NCBI GenBank assembly: GCA_015065075.1
Contig: SVRA01000002.1
Coordinates: 1-63,777, forward strand
Origin: Oscillospiraceae bacterium
Lineage (GTDB): Bacteria > Bacillota > Clostridia > Oscillospirales > CAG-272
Direction: 5' to 3'
Length of the DNA: 63,777 nucleotides
How positions within the stretch are numbered: the first letter of the stretch is position 1; every line of letters begins with the position of its first letter. Below are positions 38,135 to 47,976 of the stretch, piece by piece. Under the pieces are notes generated by a model, which searched no databases, was not told where the DNA came from, and saw nothing but the letters and a program-made list of their open reading frames with translations. Position numbers and translations under genes: made by a program.

Positions 38135-39418
38135 ATGACGGAGCAAACCTACGATAAATATCTTGAAGATGAAAATATCATCTATATTGAAAACGAGTAC
38201 TTAAAGCTTGGTGCAAACATCGCTCTCGGCGGTGCGTTAACATACCTTGCCGAAAAGGGCAAAAAGAATCTGATCAACAGCTCCGATTGGGGCAGACAGG
38301 TGCAAATGTCATTTTACGCGCCCCCCGTCCCTTATCAACCCGAGGGGGTTCAGATGGCGGACAACTGGAAGTTTATCGGTTGGAATCCGATACAGTCGGG
38401 AGATTACTACAGAAATCGCTCGAAAGTGCTTGATTTTCGTTGTGAAAACAATGAAATTTACGTAAAATGTATTCCTATGCATTGGCCGTTGAACAACCAT
38501 CCCGGTGAGTGTACGTTTGAAGTTTGGTACCGACTTGACGGCTATTGTGTAAACGTAACCTCGCGCATTAACAATGCGCGCCCCGATACCACACAGTATC
38601 CCGCGCGCCATCAGGAAATGCCCGCGGTTTACACCAACGGCGAATGGTATAAGGGAGTTTCATACGTCGGCACGGAGCCCTTTACTGACGGAGAATTGAC
38701 AGAGCTTGTCACCAAAGATAACGGTCTTGGTTGGCCTTGGCTAAATTTCATCGCGACGGAGAATTGGTCGGCGCTTGTGGATGACAACAATTACGGTCTT
38801 GGAGTTTATATCGGAGTAACCAACCTTTCAAAGATTGGATTTTTCGGCGAAAAGGGCTGGGGAGGCCCCAAGGATTCGCAGACGGGCTATATTGCGCCGC
38901 TTGCTGCCGCTATTCTTGACCATGATATCGTATATTCTTACGATTATTCCTTGATCGTTGGTGACGTCAGCTTTATCCGCGAGGTTGCAAAGCAAAAGGA
39001 CAAGCTTGTTGACCGCAAGAAATACAGCTTTGAGCACGACAGAAATCAGTTCTACTATCATAATATCACCGACAAGGGGTGGAGAACGAACGGCTGTCTT
39101 GAATTTGATTTCAAAAAGGCATCCGAGCTCAAGAGCCCCGCGGTTTTTGTCGGTAAGGGCGAATGTAAGAAGATCCGGCTTGACGCCTGCTTTGACGGCG
39201 AGATTTCCGGAGAAATTATCTTCAATATATATAAGGGATTGGACGAAAAGAACTGCTTTTTGCTTGAGCACATAAAGCTGCCGTTCAGCATGGTTGGGAA
39301 CGGCGAAAGAAAGCTTTTTGACCTTGATATCAGCGAGATTGGCGACTGTTTCGTCGGCTTTTCGCTTAGATTTGCAAACGAGGGGCATTTGAAGCTCTAT
39401 TCGGTCGAGCTGGCATAA
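38135..39418 (+). CDS. cytoplasmic protein of unknown family, paralog A
   Basis: 427 aa with no signal peptide. It shares YIENEY.KLGAN.ALGGA.TYLAE, DWGRQVQ.SFY, WNPIQ.GD, GECTFE.WY, PAVYTNGE and GWGG.KD.QTG with the next two genes. Confidence 0.8.
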   Translation: MTEQTYDKYLEDENIIYIENEYLKLGANIALGGALTYLAEKGKKNLINSSDWGRQVQMSFYAPPVPYQPEGVQMADNWKFIGWNPIQSGDYYRNRSKVLDFRCENNEIYVKCIPMHWPLNNHPGECTFEVWYRLDGYCVNVTSRINNARPDTTQYPARHQEMPAVYTNGEWYKGVSYVGTEPFTDGELTELVTKDNGLGWPWLNFIATENWSALVDDNNYGLGVYIGVTNLSKIGFFGEKGWGGPKDSQTGYIAPLAAAILDHDIVYSYDYSLIVGDVSFIREVAKQKDKLVDRKKYSFEHDRNQFYYHNITDKGWRTNGCLEFDFKKASELKSPAVFVGKGECKKIRLDACFDGEISGEIIFNIYKGLDEKNCFLLEHIKLPFSMVGNGERKLFDLDISEIGDCFVGFSLRFANEGHLKLYSVELA

Positions 39419-39420
39419 AT

Positions 39421-39455
39421 AAAAAGCCTTCAAGCATTGTGCTTGAAGGCTTTTT
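39421..39455 (+). terminator. rho-independent terminator after paralog A
   Basis: AAAAA + GCCTTCAAGC-ATTGT-GCTTGAAGGC + TTTTT. Confidence 0.8.
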
Positions 39456-39503
39456 GAGTTACATTCTTGACGCGAAATTTTTGCTTAAAATTGTCGTTTT
39501 TTA

Positions 39504-39532
39504 TTGACTTTTACCCCCGTTCGTGTTACAAT
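39504..39532 (+). promoter_or_regulatory. sigma-A type promoter for paralogs B-C
   Basis: TTGACT-N17-TACAAT. Confidence 0.5.
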
Positions 39533-39573
39533 CAGCTTGTAGTCCTGACGGGATACAAGAAAGGAGATCTAAC

Positions 39574-40902
39574 ATGGCAGATCAGAATCCTCATTACCTC
39601 GCACTCGAGGAAGATTATAAGATCCTCGACGAAAACGTAGTCTATATCGAAAATGAATATATCAAGCTTGGCGCAAACGTTGCGCTTGGCGGTGCGATCA
39701 CGTATCTTGCCGAGCATGGAAACAAAAATATCATTAACAGTTGGGACTGGGGAAGACAGGTTCAGCTTTCCTTCTATTCGGGGCCCCGACCCTTCCATCC
39801 GGAAGGAACTGAAATGGGTGTTAACTGGACCCACACAAGCTGGAATCCTATACAGACAGGCGACTGCTTCTTCAATCGGTCCAAGGTTCTCGAATATAAA
39901 ATCGAAGGGAATACGCTCTACGTAAAGTGTATTCCTATGCAGTGGGCACTAAACAACGTGCCCGGCGAGTGTACCTTTGAGCTTTGGTACACCCTTGACG
40001 GTAAGACTGTGAACGTTACCGCAAGACTTAACAACAACCGTTCCGATAAAACACAGTATCCCGCCTGCGGTCAGGAGCTCCCCGCGGTCTATACCAACGG
40101 AGAGTTTTATAAGATCGTATCCTACATTGGAGATCGCCCCGGAACCGATGGCGAGCTGACCGAGGTCGTCAGCAGGACGACCGAAAGACGTTGGCCTTCG
40201 GAGTTTGTGCTCTACCCTGAAAGCTGGGTGGCATTACTTGACGACAACGATTACGGCCTTGGCGTATATAATCCCCATACCTGCGGCGCGATTACCGGAT
40301 TTGCAGGCAGCGTGTCCGATATGGGCTGGGGCGGAGCAAAGGACGGTCAGACGAGCGTTATATCTATGACGACACGCGTTATCCTTGATTATAATATCGT
40401 ATATACGTTCAATTATTCTCTTATCGTAGGCGAGGTTGATGAGATCAGAAAAACCGCGCTTGCATTGGATTCTAAAGCGGAGCATAGAAAGTTCAGCTTT
40501 ACCGAGGACCGTCAGAACTTCTATTATAAGGGAACAAAGGATAAGGGATACGGTAACCAAAATTGCTTGGATTTTGATTTCGAGCCGGAAACAGCGCTTT
40601 GCTCACCGCACGTGTTCGTTTCTGCAGGCAAATGCAAGAGGATCTTGTTGGATGCAGAGATTGACGGAAAGGTTGTTGAAGGCACAATTGGATTCAGCTG
40701 TTATGTTGATCCTACGAACCAGAGCGATAAGAGAGCCTTCCGAGCAGAGCGAAAATTGCCCTTTAAGCTTGATAAGAATTGCGGTAGAAGGATCTACGAA
40801 ATAGACATAAGCGCTCTTGATAAGCCGTTTTTTGATTTTAGCCTTGAGTTTTCGAGCAGCGGCCATGCAAAGGTTTATTCTATTGAATTGTCTGAAACGT
40901 AA
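39574..40902 (+). CDS. cytoplasmic protein of unknown family, paralog B
   Basis: The start is chosen at the ATG after an AAAGGAG RBS. The N-terminal ~200 aa is almost identical to paralog C. Confidence 0.8.
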   Translation: MADQNPHYLALEEDYKILDENVVYIENEYIKLGANVALGGAITYLAEHGNKNIINSWDWGRQVQLSFYSGPRPFHPEGTEMGVNWTHTSWNPIQTGDCFFNRSKVLEYKIEGNTLYVKCIPMQWALNNVPGECTFELWYTLDGKTVNVTARLNNNRSDKTQYPACGQELPAVYTNGEFYKIVSYIGDRPGTDGELTEVVSRTTERRWPSEFVLYPESWVALLDDNDYGLGVYNPHTCGAITGFAGSVSDMGWGGAKDGQTSVISMTTRVILDYNIVYTFNYSLIVGEVDEIRKTALALDSKAEHRKFSFTEDRQNFYYKGTKDKGYGNQNCLDFDFEPETALCSPHVFVSAGKCKRILLDAEIDGKVVEGTIGFSCYVDPTNQSDKRAFRAERKLPFKLDKNCGRRIYEIDISALDKPFFDFSLEFSSSGHAKVYSIELSET

Positions 40903-40980
40903 TCATAATTCTTTATAAGTTTATTAACTAAAATACAACGATCACACGGTACAACGAAGGACCGAAAGGAGATTTCTAAT

Positions 40981-42306
40981 ATGTCAAACCAAGCCCCTCA
41001 TTACCTAGCACTCGAGGAAGATTACAAGATCCTTGACGAAAACGTAGTTTATATTGAAAATGAATATATCAAGCTCGGCGCAAACGTTGCGCTTGGCGGC
41101 GCGATCACGTATCTTGCCGAGCATGGAAACAGAAATATCATCAATAGCTGGGACTGGGGAAGACAGGTGCAGCTTTCCTTCTATTCGGGCCCCGTGCCCT
41201 TCCACCCGGAAGGAACAGAAATGGGCAAACATTGGACTCATACGGGTTGGAATCCCATACAGACAGGCGACTGCTTCTTCAATCGCTCAAAGGTTCTTGA
41301 ATATAAAATCGAAGGAAACGCACTCTACGTAAAGTGTATTCCTATGCAGTGGGCGCTCAATAACGTGCCCGGTGAGTGTACGTTCGAGCTTTGGTATACG
41401 CTTGATCATAAGACGGTCAACGTAACTGCCAGACTTAATAACAACCGCTCCGACAAAACACAGTACCCCGCTTGCGGTCAGGAGCTTCCCGCGGTCTACA
41501 CCAACGGTGAGTTTTATAGGATCGTTTCCTACGTAGGCGAGCAGCCCGGCACGAACGGCAAGCTGACCGAGATTGTCAGCAAAAACACCGGGGACAGACA
41601 TTGGCCTTCGGAATTTATGCTCTACCCTGAGGGATGGGTAGCGCTCCTTGATGACAACGATTACGGTGTCGGCGTTTACAATCCCCACACCTGCGGAGCC
41701 GTTGGCGGATTTGCGGGCGGAGTTGAAAGAATGGGCATTGGCGGAGCAAAGGACGGACAGACGGGAACCGTAAGTCCGACCACCAGCGTTATTCTTGACC
41801 ATAATATAGTTTACACCTTCTATTATTCCTTGATCGTCGGTGATGTTGCTTCGATTCGCGAGACCGCACTTGAGCTCGATAAGAAGGTCGATCACAGAAA
41901 ATTCCGCTTTGACACGGACCGTCAGAATTTCTATTATAGGGGCATTACCGACAAGGGCTATGGCAATCAAGACTGCCTTGACTTTGATTTTAATCCCGAA
42001 GGTATGCTTTGCTCCCCGTTCTTCTTCGTAAAAGCGGGAGAGTGTAAAAAGATACTCATCGATGCTTGCATTGAGGGCGGAGAGATCGAAGGAAAGGCAG
42101 GATTCCGTTGCTACGCGGAGACTACAAGACCCGATCATCAGGGAACTCCCTGCTCGTTTGCATCGATTCCTTTCAAAATTTCGGGCGACGGAATTCGCAA
42201 GATCCATGAGATCGATATCAGCGGACTCGATAAGCCCTTCTTCCGTATGATGTTTGAGTTCTTGAAAAAGGGCAAGGCTAAGATCTATTCGATCGAATTA
42301 GTATAA
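40981..42306 (+). CDS. cytoplasmic protein of unknown family, paralog C
   Basis: 441 aa with an AAAGGAG RBS. No terminator lies between B and C. Confidence 0.8.
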   Translation: MSNQAPHYLALEEDYKILDENVVYIENEYIKLGANVALGGAITYLAEHGNRNIINSWDWGRQVQLSFYSGPVPFHPEGTEMGKHWTHTGWNPIQTGDCFFNRSKVLEYKIEGNALYVKCIPMQWALNNVPGECTFELWYTLDHKTVNVTARLNNNRSDKTQYPACGQELPAVYTNGEFYRIVSYVGEQPGTNGKLTEIVSKNTGDRHWPSEFMLYPEGWVALLDDNDYGVGVYNPHTCGAVGGFAGGVERMGIGGAKDGQTGTVSPTTSVILDHNIVYTFYYSLIVGDVASIRETALELDKKVDHRKFRFDTDRQNFYYRGITDKGYGNQDCLDFDFNPEGMLCSPFFFVKAGECKKILIDACIEGGEIEGKAGFRCYAETTRPDHQGTPCSFASIPFKISGDGIRKIHEIDISGLDKPFFRMMFEFLKKGKAKIYSIELV

Positions 42307-42309
42307 TTC

Positions 42310-42346
42310 AAAAACAGAGCAAAGCGAAAAGCTTTGCTCTGTTTTT
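42310..42346. terminator. bidirectional terminator between convergent genes
   Basis: AAAAACAGAGCAAAGC-GAAAA-GCTTTGCTCTGTTTTT. Confidence 0.8.
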
Positions 42347-42354
42347 GTTTGGGA

Positions 42355-43728
42355 TTATTCGATATGGGGTAATCTTTCAAGCGCCGTGGCGATCTCCTCG
42401 TCAGAGGGACGATAATCCTGCATAACTCCGTTGTGGAACTTTTCGTAGGACATCATATCAAAATATCCTGTGCCCGTAAGACCGAAAACGATCGTCTTTT
42501 CTTCTCCTGTTTCACGGCATTCCTTTGCAATGTCAAGCGCCACCTTGATCGCGTGGCTCGATTCGGGAGCGGGAAGGATGCCTTCGACACGGGCGAACTC
42601 CTCTGCCGCCGCAAAAACATCGGTCTGCTTAACCGTGACTGCTTCCATGAGTCCGTCGTCGTAAAGCTGAGAGAGCGTGCTGCTCATTCCGTGATAGCGC
42701 AAGCCCCCTGCATGAGTTGCCGCAGGCATAAAATTGGAGCCGAGCGTATACATTTTGGAAAGAGGGCAGATCATGCCCGTGTCGCAATAGTCGTAAGCAT
42801 ACTTTCCGCGAGTGAAGCTGGGGCAGCTTTCGGGCTCGACCGCGATGATGCGGTAGTCTGCCTCTCCCTTTATTTTTTCGCCCATAAAAGGAGCGATAAG
42901 ACCGCCAAGGTTGCTTCCTCCGCCTGCACAACCGATGATAACGTCGGGCTTTATGTCGTATTTGTCAAGCGCGATCTTAGTTTCAAGACCGATAATGGAC
43001 TGATGGAGCATTACCTGATTGAGAACACTTCCGAGAACGTAGCGATAGCCCTCGGTACTCGTTGCCTTCTCGACCGCCTCGCTGATGGCGCAGCCAAGAC
43101 TTCCGCCCGTTCCGGGATGCTCGGCAAGGATCCTGCGACCCGCCTCGGTCTCTGTGGAGGGTGAAGGGGTCACGCTTGCTCCGTACGTGCGCATTACTTC
43201 GCGACGGTGGGGCTTAAGCTCGTAGGAGCATTTGACCATGTAGACCTTGCAGTCAAGACCGAAATAAGAGCACGCCATAGAAAGCGCCGTGCCCCACTGA
43301 CCCGCGCCGGTTTCGGTGGTAACCCCCTTGAGCCCCTGTTGCTTTGCGTAGTATGCTTGAGCGATGGCGGAATTGAGCTTGTGGCTTCCGCTTGTGTTGT
43401 TTCCTTCGAATTTGTAGTATATCTTCGCGGGAGTGCCCAGGCGCTCCTCAAGACAGTACGCTCTAACCAGAGGAGAGGGGCGGTACATCTTGTAAAAGCT
43501 GCGGATCTCCTCGGGAATGTCGTAGTAAGCCGTGGCGTCATCAAGCTCCTGGCGAATAAGCTCGTCGCAGAAAACACCCGAAAGGTCCTCGGCGGTCATG
43601 ACCTTGTGGGTCACGGGATCGAGCAGGGGGGCGGGCTTGTTTTTCATGTCCGCGCGGAGATTATACCAGGAGTGCGGCATCTCGTTCTCTTCAATATAGA
43701 TTTTATAGGGAATCTGCTTGTCTTTCAT
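42355..43728 (-). CDS. trpB2: TrpB-like PLP enzyme (tryptophan synthase beta chain, type 2)
   Basis: 457 aa. The N-terminal extension IPYKIYIEENEMPHSWYNLRADM is typical of TrpB2, and GSHKLNSA is the PLP-lysine motif. No trpA or other trp genes are in the window. Confidence 0.85.
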   Translation of the reverse strand: MKDKQIPYKIYIEENEMPHSWYNLRADMKNKPAPLLDPVTHKVMTAEDLSGVFCDELIRQELDDATAYYDIPEEIRSFYKMYRPSPLVRAYCLEERLGTPAKIYYKFEGNNTSGSHKLNSAIAQAYYAKQQGLKGVTTETGAGQWGTALSMACSYFGLDCKVYMVKCSYELKPHRREVMRTYGASVTPSPSTETEAGRRILAEHPGTGGSLGCAISEAVEKATSTEGYRYVLGSVLNQVMLHQSIIGLETKIALDKYDIKPDVIIGCAGGGSNLGGLIAPFMGEKIKGEADYRIIAVEPESCPSFTRGKYAYDYCDTGMICPLSKMYTLGSNFMPAATHAGGLRYHGMSSTLSQLYDDGLMEAVTVKQTDVFAAAEEFARVEGILPAPESSHAIKVALDIAKECRETGEEKTIVFGLTGTGYFDMMSYEKFHNGVMQDYRPSDEEIATALERLPHIE

Positions 43729-43769
43729 AATTTACCTCTTTTCTGATTTTGCGGGGTAGGACGGGAAAC

Positions 43770-44082
43770 AAAAAATCCCCATCCCTGCTTAAATGCCGGG
43801 ACAGGATCTGAAAATCTTCCTGCGGTGCCACCCTGCTTGATGAAAACCATCCACTTTTTGACGCGAGAGCGTGATGTCGCTGCGCGCCGGCATTTGTTTA
43901 CGGAGCGCCGTCTCCGTCTTGCATACTCTGTACGCTAAAGAAAGCGTGCGTTTCAACTCGCCCTCGGAAGCCCATTCGATCCTGCTTTTTTCACCGCGAT
44001 CTCATCATCCGCGATTCTCTGTGCAAAAAGAGGCACGACCTACTTGCTCTTCGTCATCGGTTTACTTTAGTTTGATAAACTT
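43770..44082 (-). promoter_or_regulatory. T-box riboswitch leader, Trp-specific (specifier UGG)
   Basis: The minus strand shows the following elements:
- Stem I: TGA..GAAGAG..AGTA, then an AGAGA bay
- Specifier loop: GAA-UGG-G (UGG at 43974-43972)
- T-box sequence: AGGGTGGCACCGCAGG (43834-43819), whose variable base C complements a G73 discriminator
- Terminator: TCCTGTCCC..GGGATGGGG + TTTTTT (43806-43770). Confidence 0.8.
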
Positions 44083-44088
44083 GTTATC

Positions 44089-44117
44089 ATTATATCACTA
44101 GGTGGGAGCGTTGTCAA
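44089..44117 (-). promoter_or_regulatory. sigma-A consensus promoter for the T-box/trpB2 unit
   Basis: The minus strand reads a perfect TTGACA-N17-TATAAT. Confidence 0.65.
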
Positions 44118-44310
44118 TACTTTTTTGCCGAAATGTTTTATTGCAAGGGCATATTTCTGCGGCTGTAAGGATACGGATATAACAAAACCGACAGACTGTT
44201 TTGAAGCAGGCGTATATGTTGTAAAAAGATGAAACTGTGCGGCGTTTTGCTGAATTTTTGGCAGTTAAATCCATAAGGGAAAAATTTTTTCAAAAAAAAC
44301 GAAAAAGGCA

Positions 44311-44339
44311 TTGACAAATCATACTCTATGTTGTATAAT
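44311..44339 (+). promoter_or_regulatory. sigma-A consensus promoter for the 989-aa lipoprotein gene
   Basis: Perfect TTGACA-N17-TATAAT, leaving a ~165-nt 5' UTR. Confidence 0.6.
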
Positions 44340-44506
44340 ATCAATGTGAATTGTTCACCAACAACGCCATAACTGTCGGCTTTTTTGAAAGAAAGCTTCG
44401 TTTTTTGCGGAAAAATAATCCGTGAAATTCGAGATTTTCTTTATAATGGTTTGGCTTTCGGCGTTGACGTAAGCAAAAAAATATTCATGGAAAGAGGAGA
44501 AAAAAC

Positions 44507-47476
44507 ATGAAAAAGAGAATTTTGGCTATAGTTTTGGCATGCCTTATGATTTTTTCTGTTGTTTCGTTCGTAGCTTGTGACGATGCAACCGAAGAGCATG
44601 CAGAAAAGATAGCTACATTGGAGACTGCAACCGATGCGCTTAAGGCGGCAATTGAGACCAAGGCAAGTGCAAGCGATCTCAATAAGGCTGTTGCAGATTT
44701 CACCGCTGAGCTTGAAAAAGCTGCAGCAAAGGGCGACGTAGAGGCAGTTCAGGCTGCTCTTGCCGCAGTAGAAACCACCGCAAAGAACGCTCTTGATAAG
44801 GCGGGTGCAAATGCAACCGCGATCGAAGCGCTGAACGCTGCCGTAGCAGAAATCGAGGCAGCTCTTGAAGCAGCTGAGTCCTCTGTTGGTGCAGGCGTAG
44901 CAGATCTCGAAGCAGCAATCGCAGATCTGGGCACAGCAATCACAGAGATCCAGGAAACCATTGCGCTTCTCGCTACCAAGGCAGAGCTCGAGGAAGCAAC
45001 CAAGGCTCTTCAGGAAGCAATCGACACCAACTCGAAGGACATCAAGGATGCTGTTGAGAAGTTTGATGCAGCAATCAAGGCGGCTGGAGAAGACACCGAG
45101 GCAGTTAAAGAAGCTCTCGCAGCTGTAAAGGCAACCGCAGATGATGCTCTCGCAAAGGTAACCGCTCTCGGCGATATCGAGGAGCTTCTCGAAACCGTTG
45201 CTACTTTGAAGGAACTCGACATCGTTGATGTCGAAGGCCTTGAGGATGCTCTTAAGGGCTATATCAGCATTACTGATTGGGATAAGGCATCGGCAAAGAT
45301 TCACGATTATTTGAAGACTCTTAATGAAGAGTACAGCAAATATGAAGCTACCAAGAACTACTATACCGAAGAGGCATGGGACGATATCGAACTCGAGTAT
45401 GATTATGCAATACTTTGCCTCAATAGAGCTTATAGCGTAGAAAATCTCGGTACAATTGTTGAAAACTTCAAGACTGCAGCTGCAGACGTTAAGCTTATCA
45501 TAGAGCAGATCGCAGAGAAGCTTAATAACGTTGATACCGCTACTCTTGGAACTCTTAAGGCACACTACGAGGCACAGAACGGCAAGTCCCTTCTTGATGA
45601 AGGCGTGGATGCTCTTATCGCAACTGCAGATGAGAATCTCGCCGCTCTGTACAATGAGTATATGACAGAGTATACCGCAGGACATCTTCCCCTTGAAGGT
45701 GACGGTAGTGAGATCACCGCTCAGGTTGGAACCACATATCAGGGCTATGTAGATGCTCTTGACGCATACAAGGATCGTAAGGCAGCTCTTGAGACTGCTG
45801 AGGAAGAGGCAAATGAGATCAATGCACTTATAGTAGAATATGCTGCATTTGCCGACGATGAGGACGATGAGATCAACAACCCCAATACTACGGCTCTCAA
45901 TGCTCTTAAGGACAGAATCGCTGCTTGGGATGAAACATATTTCGCTGATTTCGCTAATGACACCGTAAACTACGGGCTGGTTCATCATGCTGAGTTCGAT
46001 ACGCTTTATAATGCTTATTGGCATCTTGGCGTTGATGCAGCAGGATTGTTGGCAGAATTCGCAGAGTCCCTCAACTTTGAAGTTACCCTTCTTTCTAAGC
46101 CCGCGCTTGATAACTCCTTGGAGCTTTACAATGCATACACCGATAAGTGTGAGGCAGACGGAACATCCCTTGACTATGAGTATAATGATCACAACGGTGC
46201 ATACTATCTTGTACAGTTGCTCAATATGACAACCGAATACAATACTCTCGTTGAAGAAGCTCAGGCAGCTTATGACGAAGTATATGAGAACATTACTGTT
46301 GACAACGTAACCATTTACGACATGGCTGCTATCGAAGCTATGCTTGCTTGGTATGATGTTGAAGAGTACGGCTTGGTTGACAACTTCGCAACTGAGGTTA
46401 AGGTAACCGGAACTGAAAACTATGTTACCAAGGCAACCCGCGACGATCTTCTTGAAGTAAAGGCAGCTTGCCAAGCTCTCGTAGATGCTAAGAATGAGCA
46501 GACCAATGCTGTAAATGCACTTCTCGCAGCTCTTCCCACCGCAGGTGCTGTTGGTGGTAACTCCGTAGATGGATTCATTGATCCCGCTTGCGCAGAGTGT
46601 GCAGAGGCAGGATGCGAAGCTTGCAACTTCCTTGGATACAACTTCACCGGCAACGAGATCAAGCTCTCCGACAAGGAAGCAATTGAAAACGCAAGAGAAG
46701 CTTACGATGCATGGCTCAATGGAACCAGCGATCAGGATAAGATCAACCTTGATTCTGAGCTCTTCGTAATAGATGCAGAAGCTTATGTAAACCTTGAAAG
46801 AGCTGAGCATTATATGCTTAACTGGCTGGAAAGCTTGCTGAGAGACACTGTTTACGCTGTTAAGGATCTTGACGGAACCAATCCCGACGAGGATGCGTAT
46901 GCAGGTGCTATCTGGCTCCGCGATATGCTTGTAGCCGCAAACTGTGGCGACACCACTTGCCTTACTGGCGTCTATACTCCCGATGGAGAAGAACCTTTTG
47001 AGTATGATGTTCCTGCAACCCTTGCAGCTTACGAGCTTGCCGTTTATAAGCTCGAAAAGCTCGAAGAAGTTGAGGATCTCTATGAGGCAATGAAGGCAGA
47101 TCTCGAGTCTGTTGAGCTTTCTACAACTGAGTTCACTGCTTCTTACACCACTCTTTGTGGACTTATTAATGCAGGCGAAAATATGGCAGCTGTAGATTCT
47201 CTCATCACTGCTTGGAAGACTGAAGGCGCATACAAGAACGCAGAGGATGCTTACATGCTTGCTGTTGCTAAGAATGAAGCAAAGGCAACCGTTGAGGGAT
47301 CCTATAACGATAAGGTAGCAGAATACGAGGCAGCAGGAAAAGACGCTGATACGCTCGCTAACTTTGAAAATCTCTACAAGCTTACTTGCAACGAGATCGA
47401 CAATGCTACCAGCGTAGAGGCAGTTAGCACCGTTGTAACTCGTTGGAATAACGAGCGCGTTAACTTGTTTGATTGA
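44507..47476 (+). CDS. 989-aa Ala/Glu-rich coiled-coil surface lipoprotein, function unknown
   Basis: Signal peptide with lipobox FVA|C24 and a long A/E/K/D/T/L-rich, helix-favouring sequence. A strong GAGGAG RBS lies upstream. Confidence 0.8.
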   Translation: MKKRILAIVLACLMIFSVVSFVACDDATEEHAEKIATLETATDALKAAIETKASASDLNKAVADFTAELEKAAAKGDVEAVQAALAAVETTAKNALDKAGANATAIEALNAAVAEIEAALEAAESSVGAGVADLEAAIADLGTAITEIQETIALLATKAELEEATKALQEAIDTNSKDIKDAVEKFDAAIKAAGEDTEAVKEALAAVKATADDALAKVTALGDIEELLETVATLKELDIVDVEGLEDALKGYISITDWDKASAKIHDYLKTLNEEYSKYEATKNYYTEEAWDDIELEYDYAILCLNRAYSVENLGTIVENFKTAAADVKLIIEQIAEKLNNVDTATLGTLKAHYEAQNGKSLLDEGVDALIATADENLAALYNEYMTEYTAGHLPLEGDGSEITAQVGTTYQGYVDALDAYKDRKAALETAEEEANEINALIVEYAAFADDEDDEINNPNTTALNALKDRIAAWDETYFADFANDTVNYGLVHHAEFDTLYNAYWHLGVDAAGLLAEFAESLNFEVTLLSKPALDNSLELYNAYTDKCEADGTSLDYEYNDHNGAYYLVQLLNMTTEYNTLVEEAQAAYDEVYENITVDNVTIYDMAAIEAMLAWYDVEEYGLVDNFATEVKVTGTENYVTKATRDDLLEVKAACQALVDAKNEQTNAVNALLAALPTAGAVGGNSVDGFIDPACAECAEAGCEACNFLGYNFTGNEIKLSDKEAIENAREAYDAWLNGTSDQDKINLDSELFVIDAEAYVNLERAEHYMLNWLESLLRDTVYAVKDLDGTNPDEDAYAGAIWLRDMLVAANCGDTTCLTGVYTPDGEEPFEYDVPATLAAYELAVYKLEKLEEVEDLYEAMKADLESVELSTTEFTASYTTLCGLINAGENMAAVDSLITAWKTEGAYKNAEDAYMLAVAKNEAKATVEGSYNDKVAEYEAAGKDADTLANFENLYKLTCNEIDNATSVEAVSTVVTRWNNERVNLFD

Positions 47477-47510
47477 TTCTGACTTTTGATCAAAGAAAAG
47501 TTATAATTTA

Positions 47511-47550
47511 AAAACGTCCCCTCCCGAAATTTCGGGAGGGGACATTTTTT
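47511..47550 (+). terminator. rho-independent terminator
   Basis: GTCCCCTCCCGAAA/TTTCGGGAGGGGAC perfect 14-bp stem followed by ATTTTTT. Confidence 0.85.
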
Positions 47551-47947
47551 GCTTGAAACGAAGTCACAGACAGCTGCAAAAGCTTTAGTTCTTGCCTTTG
47601 TGCTAACAATTCGGGTCGGTTTTTGTTGATCGTTAAATAAAAACGGCCTTGAGCATCATTCTCAAAGTCGCTTTTTGTTTATTTTAGATCGTTTGATTTG
47701 AATTTCTAAAATTGAGAAGACAAATCTATCAAATTTTAATTTTAACGTGTTGGTAAATTCAACTTAGCAAGGTTTGCGGTGTTTGCAATTGCTATCTGAG
47801 TCGTTTAAGGATCAAGAACCAGCTCTTGGCTATATTTACGTTGATTTGTCTGTGCCAACGCAATTCAATGCTTTTTCATATTTTAAATAACGAAATTAGC
47901 TTCTGTATACTAGATTAGGAAACACTTCCCTTGATCGACACTCCCTA

Positions 47948-47976
47948 TTGACAAAATCGAATTTATATGATATAAT
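47948..47976 (+). promoter_or_regulatory. sigma-A consensus promoter for the giant gene
   Basis: Perfect TTGACA-N17-TATAAT, ~140 nt upstream of the ATG at 48118. Confidence 0.6.

Noticed and set aside
44138-44344. A 68-aa minus-strand ORF between the two divergent promoters.
   Set aside because: It covers the consensus promoter of the lipoprotein gene, has no RBS, and its sequence is low-complexity.
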